A DNA stretch of 64,000 bases from an uncultured Clostridia bacterium (GCA_947624355.1 CANQKI010000002.1:6832-70831); one strand, 5' to 3'; numbered from the stretch's first letter, positions 49,193 through 60,002 are shown. Program-made: numbers and translations. The notes: a model not told the origin generated them from the sequence alone.

Positions 49193-49229
49193 GCGGGAGG
49201 AAAAGAATGCTTTCCTCCTGCGTTTTTTC
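49193..49229 (+). terminator. Rho-independent terminator after the Cys-rich ORF
   Basis: GCGGGAGGAAA (49193-49203) / TTTCCTCCTGC (49211-49221) followed by GTTTTTT. Confidence 0.75.
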
Positions 49230-49237
49230 AAAAAAAC

Positions 49238-49267
49238 TTTTCAGAATGGGCTTTGGCGCGTTATAAT
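49238..49267 (+). promoter_or_regulatory. Weak candidate promoter for the TIM-barrel gene
   Basis: TTTTCA (49238-49243), 18-nt spacer, TATAAT (49262-49267). Confidence 0.3.
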
Positions 49268-49291
49268 GGAAATGCGAAAGGGGGCGGGTGC

Positions 49292-50152
49292 ATGCGCCGG
49301 ATTCTGTGCTCCACGGGGGCGCTGATCGGGCGGCCCAACGGGCGCGACTGGCGGCTGCTGGCGGGCTGCCGGGAGCGGCTGCAGTGCGACGGATACGAAT
49401 TCATGTTTTACGACACATGGTATCCGGAGGCCGGAAAAATCACGACGTTCGTGGAAAAAATCGGGCTGCCCGTTTTCGCGTGGCACTGCGAAAAAGGGGT
49501 GGGGGAACTGCTGGCCGAAAACGAGGGGGCAGAGGCCGCCCGGCTGTTTTCCCTCAACTGCCAAATGGCCGCCGGTCTGGGGGCGCGCCTCATGGTGCTG
49601 CACCTGTGGAACGGAAAAATCTCGGACGCGCACATAGAAAGGAACATTGCGGCGGTTCCCATGCTGCTTGAAATCGCGGAAAAGCACGGTATCGGATTGA
49701 CGGTGGAAAACGTGGTTTGCAGCCACCGGGACCCGCTGACCAACTGGCGGGCGGTGCTTATGCGGCATCCGGATATGGGCCTGACCCTGGATACCAAAAT
49801 GGCCGCTTTTCACAATCAATTGGAAGCCTTTTATGCCCCCGAAAACGATGATCTGTGGCAAAAAAATATCCGCCATATTCACATAAATGACTATGGCGGG
49901 GGATATAGGGACTTTGCGAACCTTCGCACCCTGCACCCGGGGCAGGGCAGGATCGATTTTGCGCCCTTCTTCCGGCGGCTCCGGGCCGCCCGTTACGCCG
50001 GGGATTTCACGGTGGAGGCCACATCCTTCCTGCCGGACGGGGTTATCCATTGGGACGATTTGAACCGCACCTTCGCCTGGCTTCGGGAGCAGCTATCGCT
50101 TGACGCCGAACAGGCGGAAGGCCAAGGGCCGGGCGGCGCCGCGGCCGGATAG
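49292..50152 (+). CDS. Sugar phosphate isomerase/epimerase (xylose isomerase-like TIM barrel) family protein
   Basis: ATG 49292 (MRRILCSTGAL). Alternating beta-alpha pattern, with LMVLHLWNG, LTVENV and HINDYGG motifs consistent with AP-endonuclease-2/TIM barrels. Confidence 0.6.
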   Translation: MRRILCSTGALIGRPNGRDWRLLAGCRERLQCDGYEFMFYDTWYPEAGKITTFVEKIGLPVFAWHCEKGVGELLAENEGAEAARLFSLNCQMAAGLGARLMVLHLWNGKISDAHIERNIAAVPMLLEIAEKHGIGLTVENVVCSHRDPLTNWRAVLMRHPDMGLTLDTKMAAFHNQLEAFYAPENDDLWQKNIRHIHINDYGGGYRDFANLRTLHPGQGRIDFAPFFRRLRAARYAGDFTVEATSFLPDGVIHWDDLNRTFAWLREQLSLDAEQAEGQGPGGAAAG

Positions 50153-50410
50153 AGCCCGGAAGCCCCGGGGCGCGGCGTCCCGCACAGGTTTCTCCGCGTC
50201 CATGACGCCAAGCAGATTCAGCGTGCGCAGATTCTCCTTCAGGCCGTTCATGACTTTTCCGAAGGATTGGATAGGGACCTCGGCACGGTAGAGCACGGTG
50301 TCGTCCCGGCGGGGAAAGGAATCGAAGGTCAGGCCGTTTTGCGTAAGAAAAGCCAGCGCTGCACGGGCTTCCCTGCGGCGAACGGTGATTTCTATGATTT
50401 TGTCGGCCAT
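50093..50410 (-). CDS. Small hypothetical protein downstream of the LysR gene
   Basis: ATG 50410 lies 10 nt after the LysR stop. The first ~75 aa have protein-like composition. The last 20 codons overlap the convergent TIM-barrel gene. No clear RBS. Confidence 0.3.
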   Translation of the reverse strand: MADKIIEITVRRREARAALAFLTQNGLTFDSFPRRDDTVLYRAEVPIQSFGKVMNGLKENLRTLNLLGVMDAEKPVRDAAPRGFRALSGRGAARPLAFRLFGVKR

Positions 50411-50420
50411 GGAAAGAGGC

Positions 50421-51341
50421 TCAGCTTCCCGCGTCCGAAAAGCTGTTCCGGGTCTCGTTATAGCAGCGCACGATGTCGGACAGCAGTTCGGGATGTTCAA
50501 AATCGGGCAGGTACACCAGATTGGTTTCCATTTCCATGGGCAGGTTTTCAATGGGGAGGGCCGCCAGCTTGTGCTTGCTCATTTCGTCCATGCAGGCGCT
50601 TCTGGCCAGCACCGATACGCCGAAATCCCGGCGCACCAGGTCCTTGATGGTGGCGATATTGTCCATTTCCAGCACCACGTTGAACTGCCGCAGGCTCATG
50701 CCCCGGCATTCCAGGGCGGAGGTGAACAATTGCCGGGTGCTGGATTTGGGCAGGCGCAGGATCAGCTTTTCCTGCAGCAGCTCATCCACCGTGACGGATT
50801 TCTTTCCGGCCAGCCGGTGGGCGGGGGAAACGATGAGGGCCAGGCTGTCCGTATCCAGCATGAGATAACAGAAGGCGGGATCGGGTTTTTTGCCGTCCAG
50901 CACGGCTAGATCCAATTCATAATTCCGCAGCATGTTGCACAGCTTTTCCGCCGAACCCGTGACCACCTTGATGGTCACGTTTTCGTTTCGCTGCACGTAC
51001 CGCGCCAGGGCCTCTGCGATGGCGTTGCTTTCGGCCGTGTGGGTGATGCCTACGGTGAGAGAGGCAATCTGACGCTTTTCGCTGGCCAGCTCCGCCTGCA
51101 GGTTATGGTACAGGGCCATCATGCGTTTGGCGTACTTGACGATGATTTCGCCTTCGTGGGTGGGCCGCAGGGTGTTGTTGGCCCGATCAAAGATGCGCAC
51201 CCCCAGGTCCTGCTCCAGGGCCCGGATGTGCTGGCTGACGGCGGGCTGGGTGAGGGAGAGGTGTTCCGCCGCCCGGGTGAAATTGCCCGTTTCGCATACC
51301 TCCAGCAGGGAAATCAGCTTGGGATCAATCATGGTCGTCAA
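50421..51341 (-). CDS. LysR family transcriptional regulator
   Basis: N-terminal HTH (FTRAAEHLSLTQPAVSQHIRALEQDLG) and a C-terminal substrate-binding domain, 306 aa. Confidence 0.92.
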   Translation of the reverse strand: MTTMIDPKLISLLEVCETGNFTRAAEHLSLTQPAVSQHIRALEQDLGVRIFDRANNTLRPTHEGEIIVKYAKRMMALYHNLQAELASEKRQIASLTVGITHTAESNAIAEALARYVQRNENVTIKVVTGSAEKLCNMLRNYELDLAVLDGKKPDPAFCYLMLDTDSLALIVSPAHRLAGKKSVTVDELLQEKLILRLPKSSTRQLFTSALECRGMSLRQFNVVLEMDNIATIKDLVRRDFGVSVLARSACMDEMSKHKLAALPIENLPMEMETNLVYLPDFEHPELLSDIVRCYNETRNSFSDAGS

Positions 51342-52747
51342 ATCCCCCTTTGGCTCAGGGCCAGCACTCGTTTTTCCTCATAATCGGGCTTCCGGTATAA
51401 AAATACCACAAACAGCCCGACGGAGGCAATACAGCAGAGAATATCGGCGATGGGCGTGGCCCACACGATGCCGAATACGGGATACACCTGCCGCAAAAGG
51501 AACATGAGCGGGATATCCAGCAGTCCCTTGCGCAATATGGCCAGCACGAAGGATTTCATGCCGCAGCCCACGGCCTGGAAAAAGCTGATGATGGCGTAAG
51601 CGCAGGCCGAGAAGGGGCCGCCGATGCACAGGATGCGCAAAAACCGCGCTCCGTAATCCACCGACGCCGATTCGCTCTGGATAAAGAGCCCAACCAGCGG
51701 CCGGCTGAACAGCAGGCTCGCCGCCGTGCACATCCCCGCCATCAGGATGGACACACTCATGGAAAGCAGTACGGCGTGCTTCATACGCTTGTGGTTCCCT
51801 GAAGCGTAATTGTAGCTGATGAGGGGCAGCACCCCCTGGGCCATGCCCCGCACGATGCAGTGGGCCAGCATATTGACTTTCTTGGCCACGCCGATGCCCG
51901 CCTGCATGGCAATGCCGCTGAGGGCCATCAGGTTATCCAGTACGGCATAGGAAATGTTTTCAAAGAAGGTCATCAGGCAGGCGGGCAGGCCGCAGCCCAG
52001 CACGTCTTTCGGGATGCCGCCCCGGAACATGGCCCGGGAAAAGCGCACGTTCAGCACCGAGCGGCTGTTGCGGCTGGCGAGGATGGCGGAAAAATAAATC
52101 AGGGAAATCAGGTTGGCCAGGGCGGTGGCGATGGCCGCGCCCAGCACCTCCATGCCCTTGGGCAGCAGCACGAACATAAAGAGGGGGTCCAGGGCAATAT
52201 TGATGAGGCCGCCCATGGTGATGCCCACGCTGGCGTGGACGCTGCGCCCCTCCGAACGCACCAGATGGCTGAGGAACGTGCTCATGGCCGTGAACGCGCC
52301 CCCCAGCACCACCGTCACCAGCAGGTATTGCCGGGCCATGGGATGCACTGCCGGGGCAGAGCCCCCCAGCAGGTCGATAAACGGATCGATGAACAGGAAA
52401 GCGCCCAGGGAATAGCACAGCGCCGCCGCCAGGCAGCCCCAGAAGGCAAAGGCGGCGGTATGGCGGGCCCGCTCCCTGTTCTGCGCCCCCAGGGCCCGGG
52501 AAATCACGCTGGCGCCCCCGATGCCGAACAGATTGGAAATGGCGCTGAGGAACATGAAAGCGGGCATGCAGACGGTGACGCAGGTCACCATGGCGTCGCT
52601 GCCGGTCAGGCCGATAAAAAAGGTATCGGCAATATTGTACACCACCAGAATGATTTGCCCGATCACGGTGGGAAACGCCAGCTTCAAAACAGCCTGCCAT
52701 ACGGGGCTGCTTTCAAACAGCATTTTTTCCTTCAGCCGATCCTTCAT
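51338..52747 (-). CDS. MATE family efflux transporter (second copy)
   Basis: 469 aa with FPTVIGQIILVVYNIADTFFIG, paralogous to 1421-2830. 4-nt overlap with the LysR gene. Confidence 0.85.
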   Translation of the reverse strand: MKDRLKEKMLFESSPVWQAVLKLAFPTVIGQIILVVYNIADTFFIGLTGSDAMVTCVTVCMPAFMFLSAISNLFGIGGASVISRALGAQNRERARHTAAFAFWGCLAAALCYSLGAFLFIDPFIDLLGGSAPAVHPMARQYLLVTVVLGGAFTAMSTFLSHLVRSEGRSVHASVGITMGGLINIALDPLFMFVLLPKGMEVLGAAIATALANLISLIYFSAILASRNSRSVLNVRFSRAMFRGGIPKDVLGCGLPACLMTFFENISYAVLDNLMALSGIAMQAGIGVAKKVNMLAHCIVRGMAQGVLPLISYNYASGNHKRMKHAVLLSMSVSILMAGMCTAASLLFSRPLVGLFIQSESASVDYGARFLRILCIGGPFSACAYAIISFFQAVGCGMKSFVLAILRKGLLDIPLMFLLRQVYPVFGIVWATPIADILCCIASVGLFVVFLYRKPDYEEKRVLALSQRGI

Positions 52748-53009
52748 CCGTCTGTTTCCTCCTTGTCGGGAGGCGCGCCTCCCCGGTTCACGATGCCATT
52801 ATAATGATCTGGTCGAAAAAATGCCAATAATGATTGGCTGAAGCATCCAAAGTTTTTCTTATGACAACGCCGTTAATTATACGAAAATGATAAATTTAAA
52901 TGGAATATATGTTATATAAATTGTTCAAAAACGCTAAAGTATAATAAATTATTTTTTGACCAACAGATTTTCTTATGGCAAAACGCACGAAAAAGCCGGC
53001 ACGAAATAA

Positions 53010-54716
<1,707 letters not shown>

Positions 54717-54729
54717 ATGAATTCATGCG

Positions 54730-54762
54730 AAAATGCGGGGATAAGGTGCCCCGCATTTTTCT
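54730..54762 (+). terminator. Rho-independent terminator after abfA
   Basis: AAAATGCGGGG (54730-54740) / CCCCGCATTTT (54749-54759) followed by TCTG and an A-run. Confidence 0.65.
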
Positions 54763-54874
54763 GAAAAAAGCGTATGGCCCGGGCGCGGTGCGCATATTTT
54801 CCGAACGGAAATCGGATATAACACAATTTTTGCTAAATTTTTCGAAAATTGTGCGTGCATTTGCGGCGGGACTA

Positions 54875-54883
54875 TGCTATAAT
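54875..54883 (+). promoter_or_regulatory. Extended -10 promoter element upstream of the hydrogenase operon
   Basis: TGcTATAAT (54875-54883). No good -35 box. Lies 59 nt upstream of the first hyd gene. Confidence 0.4.
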
Positions 54884-54941
54884 AAATCGGATAACCCAAG
54901 AACACCTCGAAGGCATTATGTGAAGGAGGTTTCACACCATC

Positions 54942-55406
54942 ATGGACAAGTATGAGCAGCTCAATCAAGTGATTGCCGAGCTGAAGGACCAGCCCGGCGC
55001 CCTGATGCCCGTGCTGCAGAAGGCGCAGGGAATCTTCGGCTGCGTTCCCCTGGACGTGCAGAAGATCATTGCCGAGGGCCTGGGCGTGACCCTGAGCGAG
55101 GTTTACGGCGTGGCCACGTTCTATGCCCAGTTCAAGCTGGAGCCTGCCGGCAAGTACACCATCAGCGTGTGCCTGGGCACGGCCTGCTATGTAAAGGGCA
55201 GCCAGAAGATTCTGGACCGCCTGAGCGAAGAACTCCACATCCCCGTGGGCAAGACAACGCCCGACGGCATGTTCACCCTGAACCCCACAAGGTGCCTGGG
55301 TGCCTGCGGTCTGGCCCCCGTCATGACGGTCAACGACGAAGTGTACGGCCGCCTGACGCCGGACGACGTGCCCGGCATCCTGGAAAAGTATAAGGAACTG
55401 GCGTAA
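54942..55406 (+). CDS. hydC: NuoE-like [2Fe-2S] subunit of a bifurcating-type [FeFe]-hydrogenase (HydC/HndA)
   Basis: Thioredoxin-like ferredoxin pattern C-x4-C...C-x3-C (SVCLGTACYVKG ... RCLGACGLAP), 154 aa. Confidence 0.85.
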   Translation: MDKYEQLNQVIAELKDQPGALMPVLQKAQGIFGCVPLDVQKIIAEGLGVTLSEVYGVATFYAQFKLEPAGKYTISVCLGTACYVKGSQKILDRLSEELHIPVGKTTPDGMFTLNPTRCLGACGLAPVMTVNDEVYGRLTPDDVPGILEKYKELA

Positions 55407-55408
55407 CC

Positions 55409-55963
55409 ATGCGCGATTTATCCCTGCATATCCTGGACCTGGCGCAAAACAGCGTCCGGGCGGAGGCCAAACTGGTGCGGCTTTCGGTGACGGTGGATGA
55501 AAAGGGCCTGCTGACCTTGCGGATTGAGGACGACGGCTGCGGCATGGATAAGGAGCTGCTTGCCCGGGTCACGTCCCCCTTCGCCACCACCCGCACCACA
55601 AGAAAGGTGGGCCTTGGCATTCCCATGATGGCGGAAAACTGCCGCCTGACGGGGGGCGACCTTGCCATCCAAAGCGAAGTGGGCAAGGGCACGGTGCTCA
55701 CCGCCACCCTCCATACCGACTCCATCGACTGCCTGCCCCTGGGCGACCTGGCGGGCACGGTGACGGCGCTGGTATCGGCCAATCCGGAAAAGCCCGAATT
55801 CCTGCTGACCTGCGCGTCCCCCAAGGGGGAAATGACGTTTGACACGCGGGAAGTGCGGGAAGCGCTGCAGGGCGTGCCCCTCAACGAACCCGAAATCGTC
55901 GCGTGGATGCTGGAATCCATGCGGGAGGAAATCGAACCGATATTTGGAGGTGTTTTATTATGA
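55409..55963 (+). CDS. GHKL (histidine-kinase-like) ATPase domain protein, stand-alone
   Basis: N-box HILDLAQNSVRA, G1 EDDGCGM and G2 GLGIPM. No DHp/His phosphoacceptor region. 184 aa. Confidence 0.75.
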   Translation: MRDLSLHILDLAQNSVRAEAKLVRLSVTVDEKGLLTLRIEDDGCGMDKELLARVTSPFATTRTTRKVGLGIPMMAENCRLTGGDLAIQSEVGKGTVLTATLHTDSIDCLPLGDLAGTVTALVSANPEKPEFLLTCASPKGEMTFDTREVREALQGVPLNEPEIVAWMLESMREEIEPIFGGVLL

Positions 55964-56337
55964 AGTCTTTGGCCGAACTGGAAGCCATTCGTCAAAAGAC
56001 CCTGAACCGCATCAACCTGCGCAAGGAAGACGAGGACCAGAACATCCGCGTGGTGGTGGGCATGGCCACCTGCGGCATCGCCGCCGGCGCGCGCCCCGTG
56101 ATGCTGGCCTTCATGGAAGAAATCGAAAAGCGCGGCATGCGCAACGTCACCGTGTCCCAGACCGGGTGCATCGGCATGTGCCGGCTGGAGCCCATGGTGG
56201 ACGTGTATATGCCCGGCCAGGAAAAGGTGACCTACGTGCATATGAAGCCCGAAATGGTGGGCCGCATTGTGGCCGAGCATATCGTCAACGGCCGCCCTGT
56301 GCAGGAATACACCATCGGCGCCGCCCAGGACGCTTAA
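55960..56337 (+). CDS. (2Fe-2S) ferredoxin-domain protein (HndB-like)
   Basis: ATG 55960 overlaps the upstream stop (ATGA). VVVGMATCGIAAGA ... QTGCIGMCRLEP thioredoxin-like ferredoxin pattern. Confidence 0.75.
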   Translation: MKSLAELEAIRQKTLNRINLRKEDEDQNIRVVVGMATCGIAAGARPVMLAFMEEIEKRGMRNVTVSQTGCIGMCRLEPMVDVYMPGQEKVTYVHMKPEMVGRIVAEHIVNGRPVQEYTIGAAQDA

Positions 56338-56351
56338 GAAGGTAGGAGGAA

Positions 56352-58157
56352 TTGCCCATGGATATCTATCGCGCTCATGTGCTGTGCTGCGGCGGCACGG
56401 GTTGTACCTCTTCGGGCTCTGCGCAGCTGATTCAGCGCTTTGAAGAAAAGATTCAGGAAGCCGGCCTGGAGAAGGAAGTCAAGGTCGTACGGACGGGCTG
56501 CTTCGGCCTGTGCGAGGCGGGCCCCGTGGTCATTGTGTACCCCGAAGGCACGTTCTATTCCCGGGTCAAGGTGGAGGACGTGGACGAGATCGTGTCCGAG
56601 CACCTGCTCAAGGGCCGCAAGGTGCAGCACCTGGTCTATTCCGACCATGCCACCCACGAGCAGAACGCCAACAAGGCCCTGCAGGACATCAACTTCTATA
56701 AGAACCAGCACCGGGTTGCCCTGCGCAACTGCGGCGTGATCGACCCGGAGAACATTGACGAATACCTGGCTTTCGACGGCTACAAGGCCCTGGAAAAGGC
56801 CCTGACCAAAATGACCCGGGAAGAGGTCATCGACGAAATCTTAAAGTCCGGCCTGCGGGGCCGGGGCGGCGGCGGGTTCCCCACCGGCCTCAAGTGGAAA
56901 TTTGCCTATAATTCCCAGGCCGACCAGAAGTACGTGGCCTGCAACGCCGACGAGGGCGACCCCGGCGCGTTCATGGACCGCAGCGTTCTGGAGGGCGACC
57001 CCCACTGCGTGCTGGAGGCCATGGCCATCGCGGGCTATGCCATCGGCGCGTCGGAAGGCTACATTTACGTCCGCGCCGAATATCCCATCGCCGTCAAGCG
57101 CCTTGAAATTGCCATCGGCCAGGCGCGTGAATACGGCCTGCTTGGGAAGAATATTTTCGAGACCGGCTTTGACTTCGATATCCACATCCGCCTGGGCGCC
57201 GGCGCGTTCGTGTGCGGCGAGGAAACGGCGCTGATGCGCTCCATCGAGGGCAAGCGCGGCGAGCCTACGCCCCGTCCGCCTTTCCCGGCGGTCAAGGGCC
57301 TCTTTGCCAAGCCCACCATGCTCAACAACGTGGAAACCTATGCCAACGTGGCCCAGATCATCCTCAAGGGCGCGGACTGGTTCGCTTCCATGGGCACCGA
57401 AAAGAGCAAGGGCACCAAGGTGTTCGCCCTGGGCGGCAAGATCAACAATACGGGCCTTGTGGAAGTGCCCATGGGTACGCCGCTTCGCACCATTATTTAC
57501 GATATCGGCGGCGGCATCCCCAACGGCAAGAAGTTCAAGGCCGTGCAGACCGGCGGCCCCTCCGGCGGCTGCCTGCCCGCGGAGCTGCTGGATACCCCCG
57601 TGGATTACGATAACCTGATCGCCGCGGGCTCCATGATGGGCTCGGGCGGCATGATCGTCATGGACGAAGACAACTGCATGGTGGACATCGCCCGCTTCTT
57701 CCTGGATTTCACCGTGGACGAAAGCTGCGGCAAGTGCGCCCCCTGCCGCATCGGCACCCGCCGGATGCTGGAGATTCTGGAGCGCATCGTCAACGGCAAG
57801 GGCAAGGAAGGCGACATCGAGAAGCTGGAGCACCTGGCGCAGACCATCAAGGCCACGGCCCTCTGCGGCCTGGGCCAGACCGCGCCCAACCCCGTGCTCT
57901 CCACCCTGAAATTCTTCCGGGACGAATACGAAGCCCATATCCGGGACAAGAAGTGCCCCGCCCATCACTGCCAGGCCCTGCTGCAGTATGTGATTGACCC
58001 GAATAAGTGCAAGGGCTGCACGGCCTGCGCCCGGGTCTGCCCCGGCGGCGCCATCAGCGGCACGGTAAGGGAACCCCATCATATTGACCCCGACAAGTGC
58101 CTCAAGTGCGGCGCGTGCATGGAAAAGTGCCGGTTCGGCGCGATCTCCAAGATTTGA
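56352..58157 (+). CDS. hydB: NuoF-like NAD(P)H-binding flavoprotein subunit (HydB/HndC)
   Basis: N-terminal [2Fe-2S] domain, the GRGGGGFPTGLKW FMN/NADH site, a SLBB-domain 4Fe-4S (CGKCAPCR), and two C-terminal CxxCxxCxxxCP ferredoxin motifs. Confidence 0.92.
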   Translation: MPMDIYRAHVLCCGGTGCTSSGSAQLIQRFEEKIQEAGLEKEVKVVRTGCFGLCEAGPVVIVYPEGTFYSRVKVEDVDEIVSEHLLKGRKVQHLVYSDHATHEQNANKALQDINFYKNQHRVALRNCGVIDPENIDEYLAFDGYKALEKALTKMTREEVIDEILKSGLRGRGGGGFPTGLKWKFAYNSQADQKYVACNADEGDPGAFMDRSVLEGDPHCVLEAMAIAGYAIGASEGYIYVRAEYPIAVKRLEIAIGQAREYGLLGKNIFETGFDFDIHIRLGAGAFVCGEETALMRSIEGKRGEPTPRPPFPAVKGLFAKPTMLNNVETYANVAQIILKGADWFASMGTEKSKGTKVFALGGKINNTGLVEVPMGTPLRTIIYDIGGGIPNGKKFKAVQTGGPSGGCLPAELLDTPVDYDNLIAAGSMMGSGGMIVMDEDNCMVDIARFFLDFTVDESCGKCAPCRIGTRRMLEILERIVNGKGKEGDIEKLEHLAQTIKATALCGLGQTAPNPVLSTLKFFRDEYEAHIRDKKCPAHHCQALLQYVIDPNKCKGCTACARVCPGGAISGTVREPHHIDPDKCLKCGACMEKCRFGAISKI

Positions 58158-58179
58158 TTCGTGCAAGGAGGAAAAGCAA

Positions 58180-59928
58180 ATGGAAAACTTCATCACCCTT
58201 ACGATTGACGGCGTAAAGGTTGAGGCCCCTGCCGGCACGACCGTTTTGGAAGCCGCGAAAATGGCTGGCATCAATATTCCCACGCTGTGCTATCTCAAGG
58301 ACGTAAACGCCATCGGCGCATGCCGCATGTGCGTGGTGAACGCCGGCGGCCGCGCCCTGCAGGCCGCGTGCGTGCTGCCCGCCACGGACGGCATGGTGGT
58401 CAAGACCAATACCCCCGAAATCCGGGAATACCGCAAGACGCTGCTGGAGCTGGTGCTCTCCGCCCATGAAAAGAAGTGCCTCACCTGCGTACGCAGCCAG
58501 AACTGCGAACTGCAGAAGCTCTGCCGCGACCTGGGCGTGGAAAACGGCGACGAATACGCCGGCTCCACCAATGAATACGACGTGGACGATTTCTCCCCCT
58601 CCATCGTGCGGGACAACAACAAGTGCATCCTCTGCCGCCGCTGCGTGGCCACCTGCACCAAGGTGCAGAACGTGGGCGTTATCGGCCCGGTGAACCGCGG
58701 CTTTGCCACGGCCATCGAATCCCCCTGGAACATGAAGCTGAGCGACATGGCCTGCATCAACTGCGGCCAGTGCATCACCGCCTGCCCCGTGGGCGCGCTG
58801 TATGAGAAGGACAGCACCAAGAAGGTCTGGGCCCTGCTGAACGACCCCGCCAAGCATGTGGTGGTGCAGCCTGCTCCCGCCGTCCGCGCGGCCCTGGGCG
58901 AGGAATTCGGCCTGCCCATGGGCACCTCCGTCACCGGCAAGATGGCTGCGGCCCTCCGCCGCCTGGGCTTTGATAAGGTGTTCGATACCGATTTCGGCGC
59001 GGACCTGACCATCATGGAAGAGGCCACCGAGCTGGTCAACCGGGTGAAGAACGGCGGCGTGCTGCCCATGATCACCTCCTGCTCGCCCGGCTGGATCAAG
59101 TACTGCGAAACCTATCATCCCGAGTTCATCCCCAACCTGTCCTCCTGCAAGTCCCCCCACGAAATGCTGGGCGCAATCATCAAGAGCTATTACGCCGAGA
59201 AGGCGGGTATCGACCCCAAGACCATCGCGGTCGTTTCCGTGATGCCCTGCACCGCCAAGAAGTTCGAGGCGGGCCGGGAAGAGCTGGGCCATGACGGCAT
59301 GCAGGACGTGGACGAGGTCATCACCACCCGCGAACTGGCCCACATGATCAAGGAAGCGGGCATCGACTTTGTGAACCTGCCCGACGAGGACTTTGACGAT
59401 CTTCTGGGCGAATCCACCGGCGCGGGCGTCATCTTCGGCGCCACTGGCGGCGTGATGGAGGCCGCTCTCCGCACGGCGTATCAGCTCATTACCGGCAACG
59501 AGCTGGAGAATGTGGACTTCACCGCCGTCCGCGGCGTGGAAGGCGTCAAGGAAGCCACTGTCAAGGTGGGGGATATGGACGTGAACGTGGCCGTGGCCCA
59601 CGGCACGGGCAACGCCACCAAGCTGCTGGAAATGGTCAAGTCCGGCGAAAAGAACTACACCTTCATCGAGGTCATGGGCTGCCCCGGCGGCTGCGTGACG
59701 GGCGGCGGCCAGCCCATCGTGTCCTCTCAGGACAAGATGACCTGCGATCCCCGGGCCCTGCGCGCTGCGGCCCTCTATAAGGAGGACGCGGGCAAGCCCA
59801 AGCGCAAGAGCCACGAGAACGAAGAACTCAAAAAGCTCTACGCCGAATACCTGGGCGAGCCCAACGGCCATAAGGCCCACGAGCTGCTGCACACCCACTA
59901 TGTGAAGCGGGAAAAGTACAGCAAATAA
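58180..59928 (+). CDS. hydA: [FeFe]-hydrogenase catalytic subunit (HydA/HndD)
   Basis: AAGGAGG RBS. N-terminal 2Fe-2S and 4Fe-4S domains. H-cluster motifs MPCTAKKFE and EVMGCPGGCVTGGGQP are present. The P1 motif reads TSCSPGW. Confidence 0.93.
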   Translation: MENFITLTIDGVKVEAPAGTTVLEAAKMAGINIPTLCYLKDVNAIGACRMCVVNAGGRALQAACVLPATDGMVVKTNTPEIREYRKTLLELVLSAHEKKCLTCVRSQNCELQKLCRDLGVENGDEYAGSTNEYDVDDFSPSIVRDNNKCILCRRCVATCTKVQNVGVIGPVNRGFATAIESPWNMKLSDMACINCGQCITACPVGALYEKDSTKKVWALLNDPAKHVVVQPAPAVRAALGEEFGLPMGTSVTGKMAAALRRLGFDKVFDTDFGADLTIMEEATELVNRVKNGGVLPMITSCSPGWIKYCETYHPEFIPNLSSCKSPHEMLGAIIKSYYAEKAGIDPKTIAVVSVMPCTAKKFEAGREELGHDGMQDVDEVITTRELAHMIKEAGIDFVNLPDEDFDDLLGESTGAGVIFGATGGVMEAALRTAYQLITGNELENVDFTAVRGVEGVKEATVKVGDMDVNVAVAHGTGNATKLLEMVKSGEKNYTFIEVMGCPGGCVTGGGQPIVSSQDKMTCDPRALRAAALYKEDAGKPKRKSHENEELKKLYAEYLGEPNGHKAHELLHTHYVKREKYSK

Positions 59929-59951
59929 GGTAAAGCGAGGCAAACATAACG

Positions 59952-59986
59952 GACGGGCGGGGGACAGGTTCCTCCGCCTGTCTTTT
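59952..59986 (+). terminator. Rho-independent terminator after hydA
   Basis: 12-bp stem GACGGGCGGGGG / CCTCCGCCTGTC (two G-U pairs), 7-nt loop, then TTTT. Confidence 0.65.
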
Positions 59987-60002
59987 GATGGGAGGAAGAA
60001 GG

